A stretch of 64,000 nucleotides of DNA, taken from NCBI GenBank assembly GCA_963674745.2, contig CAXXDV010000003.1, positions 2,560,001-2,624,000 on the forward strand, given 5' to 3'. This document shows positions 9,499 to 18,432 of this stretch, piece by piece (position 1 is the stretch's first letter; each line of letters begins with the position of its first letter). Under the pieces are notes generated by a model. The model did no database searches and was not told the origin of the DNA. It was given only the letters and a program-made list of their open reading frames with translations. Made by a program: the position numbers and the translations under genes. Origin of the DNA: Desulfosudaceae bacterium. Its GTDB lineage: Bacteria > Desulfobacterota > Desulfobacteria > Desulfobacterales > Desulfosudaceae.

Positions 9499-10935
9499 AT
9501 GCAAACCGAACCTCTTCAAAACATATTACACAAATGGCTGTCGCCGGTCAACGTCGAACTGCCCGAATTATATGTCGTTGGTGGCGCCGTGCGCGACCAT
9601 CTCATGGCCAGGCCCATCCAGGATGTGGATCTGGCCTGCCGGGACGCCGCCGCTTTTGCCCGGAAAATCGCCGATTGCCAGGTTTTTCCGGCTGCGGTGG
9701 TACCGTTTACACGGGATCAACGGGCCCCCTGTTATCGAGTGGTCAACCGCGGCAACCCGGACGATCATATCGATGTGGTCAACCTGAGAGGCGCTGACAT
9801 CGAGACCGATCTGGCGTTGCGGGATTTTACCGTCAACGCCCTGGCCATTCGTATTGCCCCCCGGGGCCGGATGACGCAGGTATTGGATTGTCTCGGCGGC
9901 CGAAAAGACATTAAAAACCGCATGATCCGTGTTTGCGCGGACACGGCTTTTACCGACGATCCCTTGCGTATCTTACGGGCGGCACGCCTGGCTGCCCTGC
10001 TCGACTTTGACATTACGGCCGATACAATTCAAATGATGAAAGAAAACACGGGCCGACTGGTTGATGTGGCCGCCGAACGGATCACCGCCGAGTTGATGAC
10101 GTTGCTGAACTGTAGGAACAGCCTGCCCTGGGTCCGGCTGCTGGACGAAACCGGCGCCTTGTCCTTGATCCTGCCGGAAATATCGGCCGCCAAAGGATGC
10201 CAACAAAACGGCTATCATCATCTGGATGTGTGGGAACATTCCCTGGAAACGCTCTCTGCCTGTGACACCATGGCAGACAACCCTTCGTCTTTTTTCGAAA
10301 ACGCCGGTGAAGTTATTCGGGATATGCTTAGCCGTAAAGACAACCTGGCACTGATGAAACTGGCCGCCCTGCTTCACGATGTCGGCAAACCACGGGTAAA
10401 ACGATTCGACCCGGACAGGGGCCGGATGACCTTTCACGGCCATGCCCGGCGAGGCGCAGTCATGGCGGCCGATACGGCCGTTCGGCTTCGCCTGTCAACC
10501 GCTCACAAGGACCTGTTGACCCTGCTGATCGGCCATCACATGCGGCCGGTCATCCTTTCCCAACCGGACGTCAAAAAAGCCACCGTCGTCAAGTGGTTTC
10601 GCGAGATCGGGGATGCCGCCCTGCTGGTCATGATGCTGGCGGTGGCCGATGTGACCGCCAAGTCCGGTGAGAAACTGACCCAGGCCGCCAAGGACCGGTT
10701 TTTCAACTGGGTTCGGCAGACGACCGTTTATTATCTGGAAGACCTGAAAAACACCCTGGCGCAACCCAACCTGGTCAACGGGCACGATCTTATCCATCTG
10801 GGGCTGTCCCCCGGCCCGGCCCTGGGCAAAACGCTGGCGGAAATTCGTAAAAAACAGGACCTGGGGGAAATCGCCGACCGGGACAAAGGGTTAGAACTGG
10901 CCAAAAAACTGATCGAATCGAGGTTCGGGGGGTGA
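9499..10935 (+). CDS. Class II tRNA nucleotidyltransferase with HD domain (probably CC-adding)
   Basis: VGGAVRD, DVD, RDFTVNA, DDPLRILRA, ERI and LLHDVGK motifs. Confidence 0.85.
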   Translation: MQTEPLQNILHKWLSPVNVELPELYVVGGAVRDHLMARPIQDVDLACRDAAAFARKIADCQVFPAAVVPFTRDQRAPCYRVVNRGNPDDHIDVVNLRGADIETDLALRDFTVNALAIRIAPRGRMTQVLDCLGGRKDIKNRMIRVCADTAFTDDPLRILRAARLAALLDFDITADTIQMMKENTGRLVDVAAERITAELMTLLNCRNSLPWVRLLDETGALSLILPEISAAKGCQQNGYHHLDVWEHSLETLSACDTMADNPSSFFENAGEVIRDMLSRKDNLALMKLAALLHDVGKPRVKRFDPDRGRMTFHGHARRGAVMAADTAVRLRLSTAHKDLLTLLIGHHMRPVILSQPDVKKATVVKWFREIGDAALLVMMLAVADVTAKSGEKLTQAAKDRFFNWVRQTTVYYLEDLKNTLAQPNLVNGHDLIHLGLSPGPALGKTLAEIRKKQDLGEIADRDKGLELAKKLIESRFGG

Positions 10936-10974
10936 GGTTCGGGGTTCAAGGTTCAAGGTTCAAGGTTCGGGGTT
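10921..10974 (+). repeat. Heptamer tandem repeat (RGGTTCR)n
   Basis: aggttcg gggttca aggttca aggttca aggttcg directly after the stop codon. Confidence 0.85.
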
Positions 10975-10997
10975 GTAGGGGCGACCCGCGGTCGCCC
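10975..10997 (+). repeat. GTAG-type REP palindrome
   Basis: GTAG-G-GGCGACC-CGC-GGTCGCC-C. Confidence 0.75.
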
Positions 10998-11086
10998 GAT
11001 AAAAAATGCTCAGCCCGCAACAACTTGTTTTAAAAACTTTTCTCCACCCACAGACCACAAGAAGAAAAAAGCTTGACGAACCCTTC

Positions 11087-11132
11087 TTAATCGTATAGTT
11101 TAATTAATCAGTTAATTAAACTATACGATTAA
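11087..11132. promoter_or_regulatory. Perfect palindrome, probable TetR operator overlapping the promoter
   Basis: 21-bp arms TTAATCGTATAGTTTAATTAA with TCAG spacer; TTGACG at 11073-11078; ends just upstream of the tetR start. Confidence 0.8.
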
Positions 11133-11136
11133 CTGC

Positions 11137-11778
11137 ATGGGAGGCAAAATGACCGAAGCGGAAACACCTCAAAAAATCATCGCGGCGGCAACAACCGTTT
11201 TTTCACGGGAAGGATTCAAGGGCGCCCGCATGCAGCAGATCGCCAAACAGGCGAATGTCAACCAGGCCCTGTTGCATTATTATTTCAACTCCAAGGAAAA
11301 CCTGTACGAAGAAGTCCTGTTCCGTTTTTTTGCCAAAATAATTGAACAGCTGGCCCATCATTTCCAGTCCCCCCCCTCGCCGGAAGCGGCGCTTTCCAAT
11401 TTTATCCATGCTTACATGGATATTTTAAAAGACAACCCCGAGCTGCCCCGCCTGATGGTTTCCGAGATGCTCGACGGCGGCAGCCATATCATCGCCACCG
11501 CCGACCGGATTTTTTCCCAGACAGGAGTAACGCCGCCCGATTTAATCGCGCCGTTTATTGAAAAAACCGCGGCCGAAGGCCTGATCAGACCGGTCGATGC
11601 CCGGCAGACCGCCATCAGCGTGCTGGGCATGTGTATCTTCTATTTTATAGCCAAACCGCTTCTGGACCATGTCTGGGGTGAACCGACCGATGAAGATAAT
11701 TTTTTTGAAGAACGAAAAGCAGCCATTATGGATCTGGTGCTTCATGGATTGAAAATAGAAAAAGAGGCGATATCGTGA
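11137..11778 (+). CDS. TetR/AcrR family transcriptional regulator
   Basis: AATTVFSREGFKGARMQQIAKQANVNQALLHYYFNSKENLY HTH; start may be 11149. Confidence 0.92.
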   Translation: MGGKMTEAETPQKIIAAATTVFSREGFKGARMQQIAKQANVNQALLHYYFNSKENLYEEVLFRFFAKIIEQLAHHFQSPPSPEAALSNFIHAYMDILKDNPELPRLMVSEMLDGGSHIIATADRIFSQTGVTPPDLIAPFIEKTAAEGLIRPVDARQTAISVLGMCIFYFIAKPLLDHVWGEPTDEDNFFEERKAAIMDLVLHGLKIEKEAIS

Positions 11779-13196
11779 AAAGATTAAAAGGGGTGTTAAG
11801 AATCGTTATAATCGATCGCATTTGGCGGACATCAACGATTTGCCTGCTCTTGGTGGCAATCTTCCGCCTGCCGGCATTGGCAGAGCCGTTAACCTTGACC
11901 CGATGCCTGGACATCGCCGCCGACAAAAACCCGGACATCGCCCGGGCAGAAGCGGCAAAAAACGAAGCCGAACTGAGGCTTAAAAAAGCCGAAGCCGGAT
12001 ATTACCCGGAACTGGCCGTCGATGTCCTGTCCGGCTACAAATCCAGGGTCAATACCACCGAGCAGGACGATATAACAATTCCCGTCTCACCGGACACGCC
12101 GCCACTGACCATACCCGGACCGTCTTTTGACCTGGGGGACAAAAAACAACATGACATGGCCCTGATACTGCGCCAGCCGATTTACACCGGCGGCCGGGTA
12201 ACAAACGGCATACGCCTGTCCGAAGCGGCCCTGGCCACGGCCGAAAGCCGGGAGGAACTACAGAAGCGGGATATCCGCCATAACGTCATCAACGCCTTTT
12301 ACCAGCTGGCCATGGCCCAAGCGTTTGAAAAAATCGCCCGGGCTTCAAAAAAACAGATCGACAGTCATCTTGCCGATGCGCAGAACCTGCTATCACAGGG
12401 AATGATCATCAAAAGCGACCTTTTCCCCATCAAGATCCGGCAACTGGAAACAGATTTAAACGTCGTCGAGGCTGAAAATGCCATCGCCAGGGCCAAAGCC
12501 TCCCTGGCCGCGGTCATGGGGCTGTCACCGGAAGCGCCCATAGATATCCTGGTCGATTGGGAACAGCATCCTCCCTGGCCTGTCCCGGAAACAATAAAGT
12601 CCGGCCAAATAAAACGAGCAGAACAGAAAATCGCCGGTCAACAGATTAAAATGGCCGCGGCCGAGGAGGACATCGCCCGGGGCACCCGGCTGCCCTCTAT
12701 CGGTTTGACAGCCTCAACCCATTATGGATGGCCGGGTTTTATCAGTAACGATCCCGGTTGGGATACCTGGTGGCAGGCAGGCGTAAATATCACCTGGCCT
12801 GTTTTTGACATGGGCCGGCGCCGCCATGAACAAATGGCCGCCAAAGAAAAAATCAGGCGTCTGGACAAGGCGGCCCAAGCGCTGGACCGCCAGATCGAAC
12901 TGGACCGGATCAACTGCCGGCTGGCTTATGAGGAAACCTGCCGGAAGCGGATCATCAACGAAGAAAAGGTTGAATCCGCCCGGGAAAATTACCAGACCAA
13001 ATCCGACAACTTCAGGGTGGGCATGGCCTCGGGAACAGATTACCTGGACGCGCATACCGAACTGATGACCGCCGAAACCGACCTGTCCATTGCCACCGTC
13101 CGGGCCCGGGTGGCCTGGGCGGACTATCTTCGGGCCATGGGGCTGGATTTAAAGCAGTCAACCGGAACCTGCATCAAAGAGGGAGAAGCTAAATGA
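11775..13196 (+). CDS. TolC family outer membrane efflux protein
   Basis: Signal peptide, NPDI, YYPEL, QPIYTGG and WPVFDMG repeats. Confidence 0.88.
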   Translation: MKRLKGVLRIVIIDRIWRTSTICLLLVAIFRLPALAEPLTLTRCLDIAADKNPDIARAEAAKNEAELRLKKAEAGYYPELAVDVLSGYKSRVNTTEQDDITIPVSPDTPPLTIPGPSFDLGDKKQHDMALILRQPIYTGGRVTNGIRLSEAALATAESREELQKRDIRHNVINAFYQLAMAQAFEKIARASKKQIDSHLADAQNLLSQGMIIKSDLFPIKIRQLETDLNVVEAENAIARAKASLAAVMGLSPEAPIDILVDWEQHPPWPVPETIKSGQIKRAEQKIAGQQIKMAAAEEDIARGTRLPSIGLTASTHYGWPGFISNDPGWDTWWQAGVNITWPVFDMGRRRHEQMAAKEKIRRLDKAAQALDRQIELDRINCRLAYEETCRKRIINEEKVESARENYQTKSDNFRVGMASGTDYLDAHTELMTAETDLSIATVRARVAWADYLRAMGLDLKQSTGTCIKEGEAK

Positions 13197-14098
13197 GAAT
13201 AAAAAATTACATCAACATCGGGCTGATGGTTTTTTTAATGACCGGGCTCTGCGCCTGCCGGAATAATCAAGCCCCGGGATTCGCCGGTTCCGGTACGCTG
13301 GAAGCCACGGAGGTGAGCGTCAGCGCTCTGGGCACAGGCACCGTGCTGACCATGACCCGGGAAGAAGGCCAATCCGTAGCCGAAGGTGATGTTCTGGCCG
13401 CCATTGATGTGGAAAAGCTTGTCCTGCAGCGAGCCCAGCTGGCGGCCAGCCTGCAGGAAATCGAAGCCAACCGGATCGGAGCCGAAGCGACCATTGCCCA
13501 GGCGGAAGAAAACTTCGAAAACACCCGGGGCCGGTACGACCGGACCAAAGAGCTCCATGCCCGGGGTTCGGCCACCCAGCAGCAATTTGACGACATTTCC
13601 ACCCGGCTGGGCGTCGACCGCAACCAGCTGGCCGCGGCCAGGGCGCAAAGCCCCATCCTGGACGCCAGACAGGCCCAGACCGAAGCAGCCATGGCGGTTA
13701 TCGACCGGCAGATTGCTGATGGCACCATCATTGCCCCCCTGCCGGGCATGGTGGTGGAAAAATATGTCGAACCCGGCGAAGTCGTGACCGCCGGTCAGAA
13801 GGTTTACAAAATCGTTGACCTGGAAAATTTCTGGCTGAATATCTATATGGCGGAAACCGACCTGGGAGAAATCACCACCGGGCAAGCGGTTTTTGTCCGG
13901 GTTGACGCCATCAACACACCCCTTGCCGGCCGGATCGCCTGGACATCGCCGGAAGCGGAATTCACCCCCAAAAACGTGCAGACCAGACAAGCCCGTTCGG
14001 AACTGGTTTATGCCGTCAAGGTCATGCTTGATGAAAACCGGCCGGAACTGAAAATCGGCATGCCGGCCGAAGTCTACCTGACAGATCAGGACAGCTGA
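13193..14098 (+). CDS. HlyD family periplasmic adaptor (YbhG-like lipoprotein)
   Basis: Lipobox LCAC, SGTLEATEV, EAEFTPKNVQT, LKIGMPAEV. Confidence 0.9.
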   Translation: MRIKNYINIGLMVFLMTGLCACRNNQAPGFAGSGTLEATEVSVSALGTGTVLTMTREEGQSVAEGDVLAAIDVEKLVLQRAQLAASLQEIEANRIGAEATIAQAEENFENTRGRYDRTKELHARGSATQQQFDDISTRLGVDRNQLAAARAQSPILDARQAQTEAAMAVIDRQIADGTIIAPLPGMVVEKYVEPGEVVTAGQKVYKIVDLENFWLNIYMAETDLGEITTGQAVFVRVDAINTPLAGRIAWTSPEAEFTPKNVQTRQARSELVYAVKVMLDENRPELKIGMPAEVYLTDQDS

Positions 14099-15048
14099 TG
14101 AACACCACGGCGGTTTCCATAAAGGATTTATACAAGCAGTACGGCGATACAACGGCGCTGAACACGATCAGCCTTGAAGTGGCACCGGCGGAGATGTTCG
14201 GGCTGATCGGACCGGATGGTGCCGGTAAAACCACCCTGATCCGGATTCTGTGTTCGCTGATGGACCCGGACGCCGGGGAATGTCGCTTGCTCGACATCTC
14301 CGTAGCCCGGCACCCGGATAAAATCCGCCGCATGATCGGTTATATGCCGCAACGGTTCTCTCTTTATCCCGACCTGACGGTCGAAGAGAACCTGCGTTTT
14401 TTCGCCGGTCTGTTCCGGGTGCCGAGAAACGAACGCCGTCAGCGGGCCGGTGAACTGCTGGAATTCAGCCGCCTGACGCCTTTTGTCAAACGTCGGGCCG
14501 GGCAGCTTTCCGGCGGCATGAAGCAGAAACTGGCCCTGTCCTGCGCCCTGATCCACACCCCCCAAATTTTGATCCTGGATGAACCGACCACCGGTGTCGA
14601 CCCGGTTTCCCGCCGGGAATTCTGGGAAATCCTGTCAAAACTCAAAACCGACGGCGTGACCATCCTGGTTTCCACGCCTTACATGGACGAGGCCGAACTG
14701 TGTGACCGCATCGCCCTGATGCACAAAGGCGAGGTATTGACCACCGGCCGGGCCGAAGACATTGCCGCCGGTTTTCCCGGCACTGTTTTTGCCGTGGCCG
14801 GCCGGGACATGACCGGCCTGGCAGCCTGGTTTAAACGACGGCTCAGCCCTGAACAGGTCCGCATCCTGGGTGACCGCGTCCAGGTCAACCTGTTTGAAAA
14901 TGCCGGCCAGAATATGGACGACCTGCGCCGGAACGCGACGGATGACGGTCTTTTCATTGAATCAGTCGAAACCCGGCCGCCGGCCTTAGAAGACGCCTTT
15001 ATCGCCATGATTGCCGAACAGGAAAGGGATCATTATGCACCGGCCTGA
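14098..15048 (+). CDS. ABC transporter ATP-binding protein (YbhF N-half-like)
   Basis: GPDGAGKTT, LSGGMKQK, LDEPTTGVD. Confidence 0.93.
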   Translation: MNTTAVSIKDLYKQYGDTTALNTISLEVAPAEMFGLIGPDGAGKTTLIRILCSLMDPDAGECRLLDISVARHPDKIRRMIGYMPQRFSLYPDLTVEENLRFFAGLFRVPRNERRQRAGELLEFSRLTPFVKRRAGQLSGGMKQKLALSCALIHTPQILILDEPTTGVDPVSRREFWEILSKLKTDGVTILVSTPYMDEAELCDRIALMHKGEVLTTGRAEDIAAGFPGTVFAVAGRDMTGLAAWFKRRLSPEQVRILGDRVQVNLFENAGQNMDDLRRNATDDGLFIESVETRPPALEDAFIAMIAEQERDHYAPA

Positions 15049-15790
15049 CCATCAACAGCCCTTACCGACCGAATATGCCGTAACGGTCCGCAACCTGACC
15101 CGACGGTTCGGTGATTTCGTGGCTGTCGACGATATCTCCTTTGATGTCCGAAAAGGGGAAATATTCGGCTTTCTCGGTGCCAACGGGGCCGGCAAAACCA
15201 CCACCATCAAAATGCTGACCGGCCTGCTGCGACCTTCGTCCGGCCGGGGTACCGTGGGGGGCCTGGACATCATCCGCGGCCATAACGCCATTAAAACCCG
15301 TATCGGCTACATGTCCCAGAAATTTTCCCTGTATGAAGACCTGAAGGTGGAAGAAAACCTCTTTTTCTTCGGCGGCATATACGGACTGGACCGTGAAGCC
15401 ATCAACACCCGGATGAAGGAACTGGACACCATTCTGCACCTGTCCGAGATCCGCAAACGCCGCACCGACTCCCTGCCACTGGGATACAAACAGCGCCTGG
15501 CCCTGGCCTGCGCCATTCTGCACCGGCCGCCCATCCTGTTTCTGGACGAGCCCACCGGCGGAGTGGATCCCATTGCCCGGCGGTACTTCTGGGACCTCAT
15601 CTCCGCCATGACCGCCGAAGGCAGGACCGTTTTCGTGACCACGCACTATATGGATGAAGCCGAATACTGCCACCGGCTGTCCATCATGTATAAAGGCCGG
15701 ATCGTCGAGATCGACTCCCCGGCCGCCATCAAACAGAAATACAACCTGCCATCCATTCAGGATGCCTTTATTCATCTGGTGGACCGGTGA
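15035..15790 (+). CDS. ABC transporter ATP-binding protein (YbhF C-half-like)
   Basis: GANGAGKTT, LPLGYKQR, LDEPTGGVD; start approximate. Confidence 0.92.
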   Translation: MHRPDHQQPLPTEYAVTVRNLTRRFGDFVAVDDISFDVRKGEIFGFLGANGAGKTTTIKMLTGLLRPSSGRGTVGGLDIIRGHNAIKTRIGYMSQKFSLYEDLKVEENLFFFGGIYGLDREAINTRMKELDTILHLSEIRKRRTDSLPLGYKQRLALACAILHRPPILFLDEPTGGVDPIARRYFWDLISAMTAEGRTVFVTTHYMDEAEYCHRLSIMYKGRIVEIDSPAAIKQKYNLPSIQDAFIHLVDR

Positions 15791-16893
15791 TGATCAAATC
15801 CCTTTTTATACATCTGGCCGTAAAAGAGTTCATCCACATTCGCAGAGACCCGCGTTCCCTGCTGATCCTGCTGTTGATGCCCCTGTTCATGATGTTTGTC
15901 TTCGGCTATGCCATCAACATGGATTTAAAGCACATCCGCCTGGGTGTATGCGATCTGAACCGCACCCCGGTCAGCCGCGACCTGATCCAGACCCTGGTCG
16001 CCTCCCCTTACTTTGACGTGATCCAACGTTTTGACGATCCCCGCCTGACCGAAGGCCTGTTTCGCCAGCGGCTGGTCCGGGCGGCGGTGATCATCCCGGC
16101 CGACTTTGCCCGCCGCCTGGCCGGGTCACAGGGCGCCACGATCGGTGTCATCACTGACGGCACGGACGCCAACAGCGCCACCCTGACCCAGAACTACCTG
16201 GAAAGCCTTTTTTTAAGCCGGTCACTGTCCGGAGACGGCATGGGCCTGCCCATCCATATCAAAACCCGGATATTCTATAACCCGGACATGGAATCAGCCC
16301 ATTTTGTCGTACCCGGTATCGTGGCCCTGCTGCTGATCATGATCGGCGCCCTGCTGACCTCGGTCACCATTGCCCGGGAAAAAGAAACCGGCACCATGGA
16401 GCAGATCCTGGTCAGCCCCATCCGGCCCTACGAGGTCATCCTGGGCAAAGCCCTGCCCTACCTGGTCCTGGCCTTTGCCATCGCCGTCTTTATCATTGTC
16501 TTCGGCCATCTCTGGTTTGCGGTACCCATGCTGGGGTCATGGACCTGGCTGATGCTGTTCTGCCTGCTGTACCTGTTCACGGCCCTGACCATCGGATTGC
16601 TGATTTCGACCCTGGTTTCGACCCAGCAGGTGGCCATGATGCTGTCTTTGGTGGCCACCCTGCTGCCGTCGGTCATGCTCTCCGGGTTCATTTTTCCCAT
16701 AGCGTCCATGCCGCGGCCGCTGCAGGTGGTGTCCCAGATTATACCGGCCACCCATTTTCTGAAAATCATCCGGGGTATCATGCTCAAAGGCAACGGCCCC
16801 CTGGAGTTGTGGCCGTCGATCGCTGCCCTGACGGCGGTGGGCCTGTTTTTTATCACCCTGGCCATCTGGCGATTTCAACTCAAACTCAAATAA
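15790..16893 (+). CDS. ABC-2 type permease (YbhS-like)
   Basis: KEFIHIRRD, YNP, AREKETGTMEQ, LSGFIFPI. Confidence 0.9.
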   Translation: MIKSLFIHLAVKEFIHIRRDPRSLLILLLMPLFMMFVFGYAINMDLKHIRLGVCDLNRTPVSRDLIQTLVASPYFDVIQRFDDPRLTEGLFRQRLVRAAVIIPADFARRLAGSQGATIGVITDGTDANSATLTQNYLESLFLSRSLSGDGMGLPIHIKTRIFYNPDMESAHFVVPGIVALLLIMIGALLTSVTIAREKETGTMEQILVSPIRPYEVILGKALPYLVLAFAIAVFIIVFGHLWFAVPMLGSWTWLMLFCLLYLFTALTIGLLISTLVSTQQVAMMLSLVATLLPSVMLSGFIFPIASMPRPLQVVSQIIPATHFLKIIRGIMLKGNGPLELWPSIAALTAVGLFFITLAIWRFQLKLK

Positions 16894-16905
16894 AGGCAAC
16901 CGCCA

Positions 16906-18036
16906 ATGAAACGTGTCTGGCATCTGGTCAAAAAAGAACTCTGGCAGGTCACCCGGGATCCCAACATGCTGCGGGTCATTTTTGTGGTGCCCATGATTCA
17001 GTTGCTGGTACTGGGGTATGCCATTACCACCGACATCAAAAACCTGGACATCCTGATCTGTGACCAGGACGATTCAGCTGTCAGCCGGAACCTGGTGGAA
17101 CGGTTTTCCCATAACGAATATCTGACCGTCAAACCCCTGCCATGCCGGGCGGGACAGATTGAACAGCACATCTTTCGCGGAGACGTCCTGCTGGCCCTGG
17201 TCATTCCCGAACATTTCGGCCGGGACCTGGAAAACCGGGAGAGCCCTGAAATCCAAATCCTGCTCGACGGCCAGAATTCCAACACCACCGCCGTGGCCCT
17301 GGGTTACTGCAATCGTATCCTGCTGGAGTTCGTGCGGGACAACCTGGCAGCAGCTGCCGGGCGTAACCCGCGACTGGCCCGGTCCATCCGGTTCATCGAA
17401 CCGGTCAGCCGAACCTGGTACAACCCGGAACTGAAAAGCGTCTACTACATGATTCCCGGCATTATTTCCATCCTGCTGACCATTATTACCATGCTGCTGA
17501 CCGGCCTGGCCATTGTCAAAGAACGGGAAATCGGCACCCTGGATCAACTGCTGGTAACACCGCTTTCCTCCTGGCAGATCATCGCCGGCAAAACCATTCC
17601 CTTTGCTTTTCTGGGCTTTCTGGAAATGGGCTTTGCCATGACCTTCGGCGTGCTCTGGTTCAAGGTTCCCATTGTCGGCAGCCTGCCCCTGCTGGCCGTG
17701 CTGGCGGCGGTATTTATTCTGACCACCCTGGGACTGGGTATTTTTGTATCCACCATGGTAGACACCCAGCAGCAGGCCCTGTTCATGGCCTGGTTTTTCC
17801 TGGTCTCTTTTGTCCTGCTGTCCGGTTTCTTTTATCCCATCGAAAACATGCCCGGCTGGGTCCAGGTCATTACCTACATCAATCCACTGCGGTATTTCAT
17901 TGAAATTTTAAGAGAACTCTTCTTAAAGGGGGCGGGTTTGTCGGTCCTCTGGCCGGAGCTGCTGTCACTACTGACCATCGGCGTCTCTATTTTCACCCTG
18001 GCCACGGTTCGTTTTGCACGACGCGCCGCCGCCTGA
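16906..18036 (+). CDS. ABC-2 type permease (YbhR-like)
   Basis: KELWQVTRD, WYNPEL, KEREIGTLDQL, LSGFFYPIENMP. Confidence 0.9.
   Translation: MKRVWHLVKKELWQVTRDPNMLRVIFVVPMIQLLVLGYAITTDIKNLDILICDQDDSAVSRNLVERFSHNEYLTVKPLPCRAGQIEQHIFRGDVLLALVIPEHFGRDLENRESPEIQILLDGQNSNTTAVALGYCNRILLEFVRDNLAAAAGRNPRLARSIRFIEPVSRTWYNPELKSVYYMIPGIISILLTIITMLLTGLAIVKEREIGTLDQLLVTPLSSWQIIAGKTIPFAFLGFLEMGFAMTFGVLWFKVPIVGSLPLLAVLAAVFILTTLGLGIFVSTMVDTQQQALFMAWFFLVSFVLLSGFFYPIENMPGWVQVITYINPLRYFIEILRELFLKGAGLSVLWPELLSLLTIGVSIFTLATVRFARRAAA
17923..18036 (+). repeat. Direct repeat copy 1 (3' end of ABC permease gene)
   Basis: Matches 28469-28583. Confidence 0.9.
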
Positions 18037-18173
18037 TAAGGGCAAGGGTTCAAGGGATCGAGTCCCAAAAGGGTATTTTTCTGATAATGTAAAAACATAA
18101 AGGGCGTTCCCAACTTACAACTTACGCATGGTTTTTTTATCAAAGATCTTTTAGAGTCCTCTTGTTCTTCGAA

Positions 18174-18272
18174 CACTGACAACAAGTTGTCAGTGCCATC
18201 CCGTCAGTGCATGCCCCATCCACAGTGCAAATTGCCCCGGCCTCGGGTGGCCCCGGGAACTTGTTCCCGGGG
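18174..18272. repeat. Pair of REP-like palindromes in opposite orientation
   Basis: Minus CGGGATGG-CACTGACAAC-TT-GTTGTCAGTG (18203-18174) and plus CGGGTGG-CCCCGGGAAC-TT-GTTCCCGGGG (18244-18272). Confidence 0.65.
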
Positions 18273-18432
18273 TGCGAAGCACAGGAGCATTGTCTGTTTA
18301 ATTATCACATGGCTGTTGGGCAAAAAACCGTCACCCACTAACACACAAAGAAACCGAAGAAACGCATAAAAGCATAGACATCCCCAGTAATTTCGCGTTA
18401 ATTTCTTGCACCTTTCGCTTCTTAGAAATAAA

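Noticed and set aside
13235..15775. Antisense ORFs 13235..14152 and 15062..15775 (similarly 34565..35278, 36994..37716, 58251..58973)
   Set aside because: They fully overlap well-supported genes on the other strand.
14098..15790. Two adjacent ABC ATPase genes as a frameshifted ybhF pseudogene
   Set aside because: Each has complete Walker motifs and its own C-terminal segment, consistent with a genuine two-gene arrangement.
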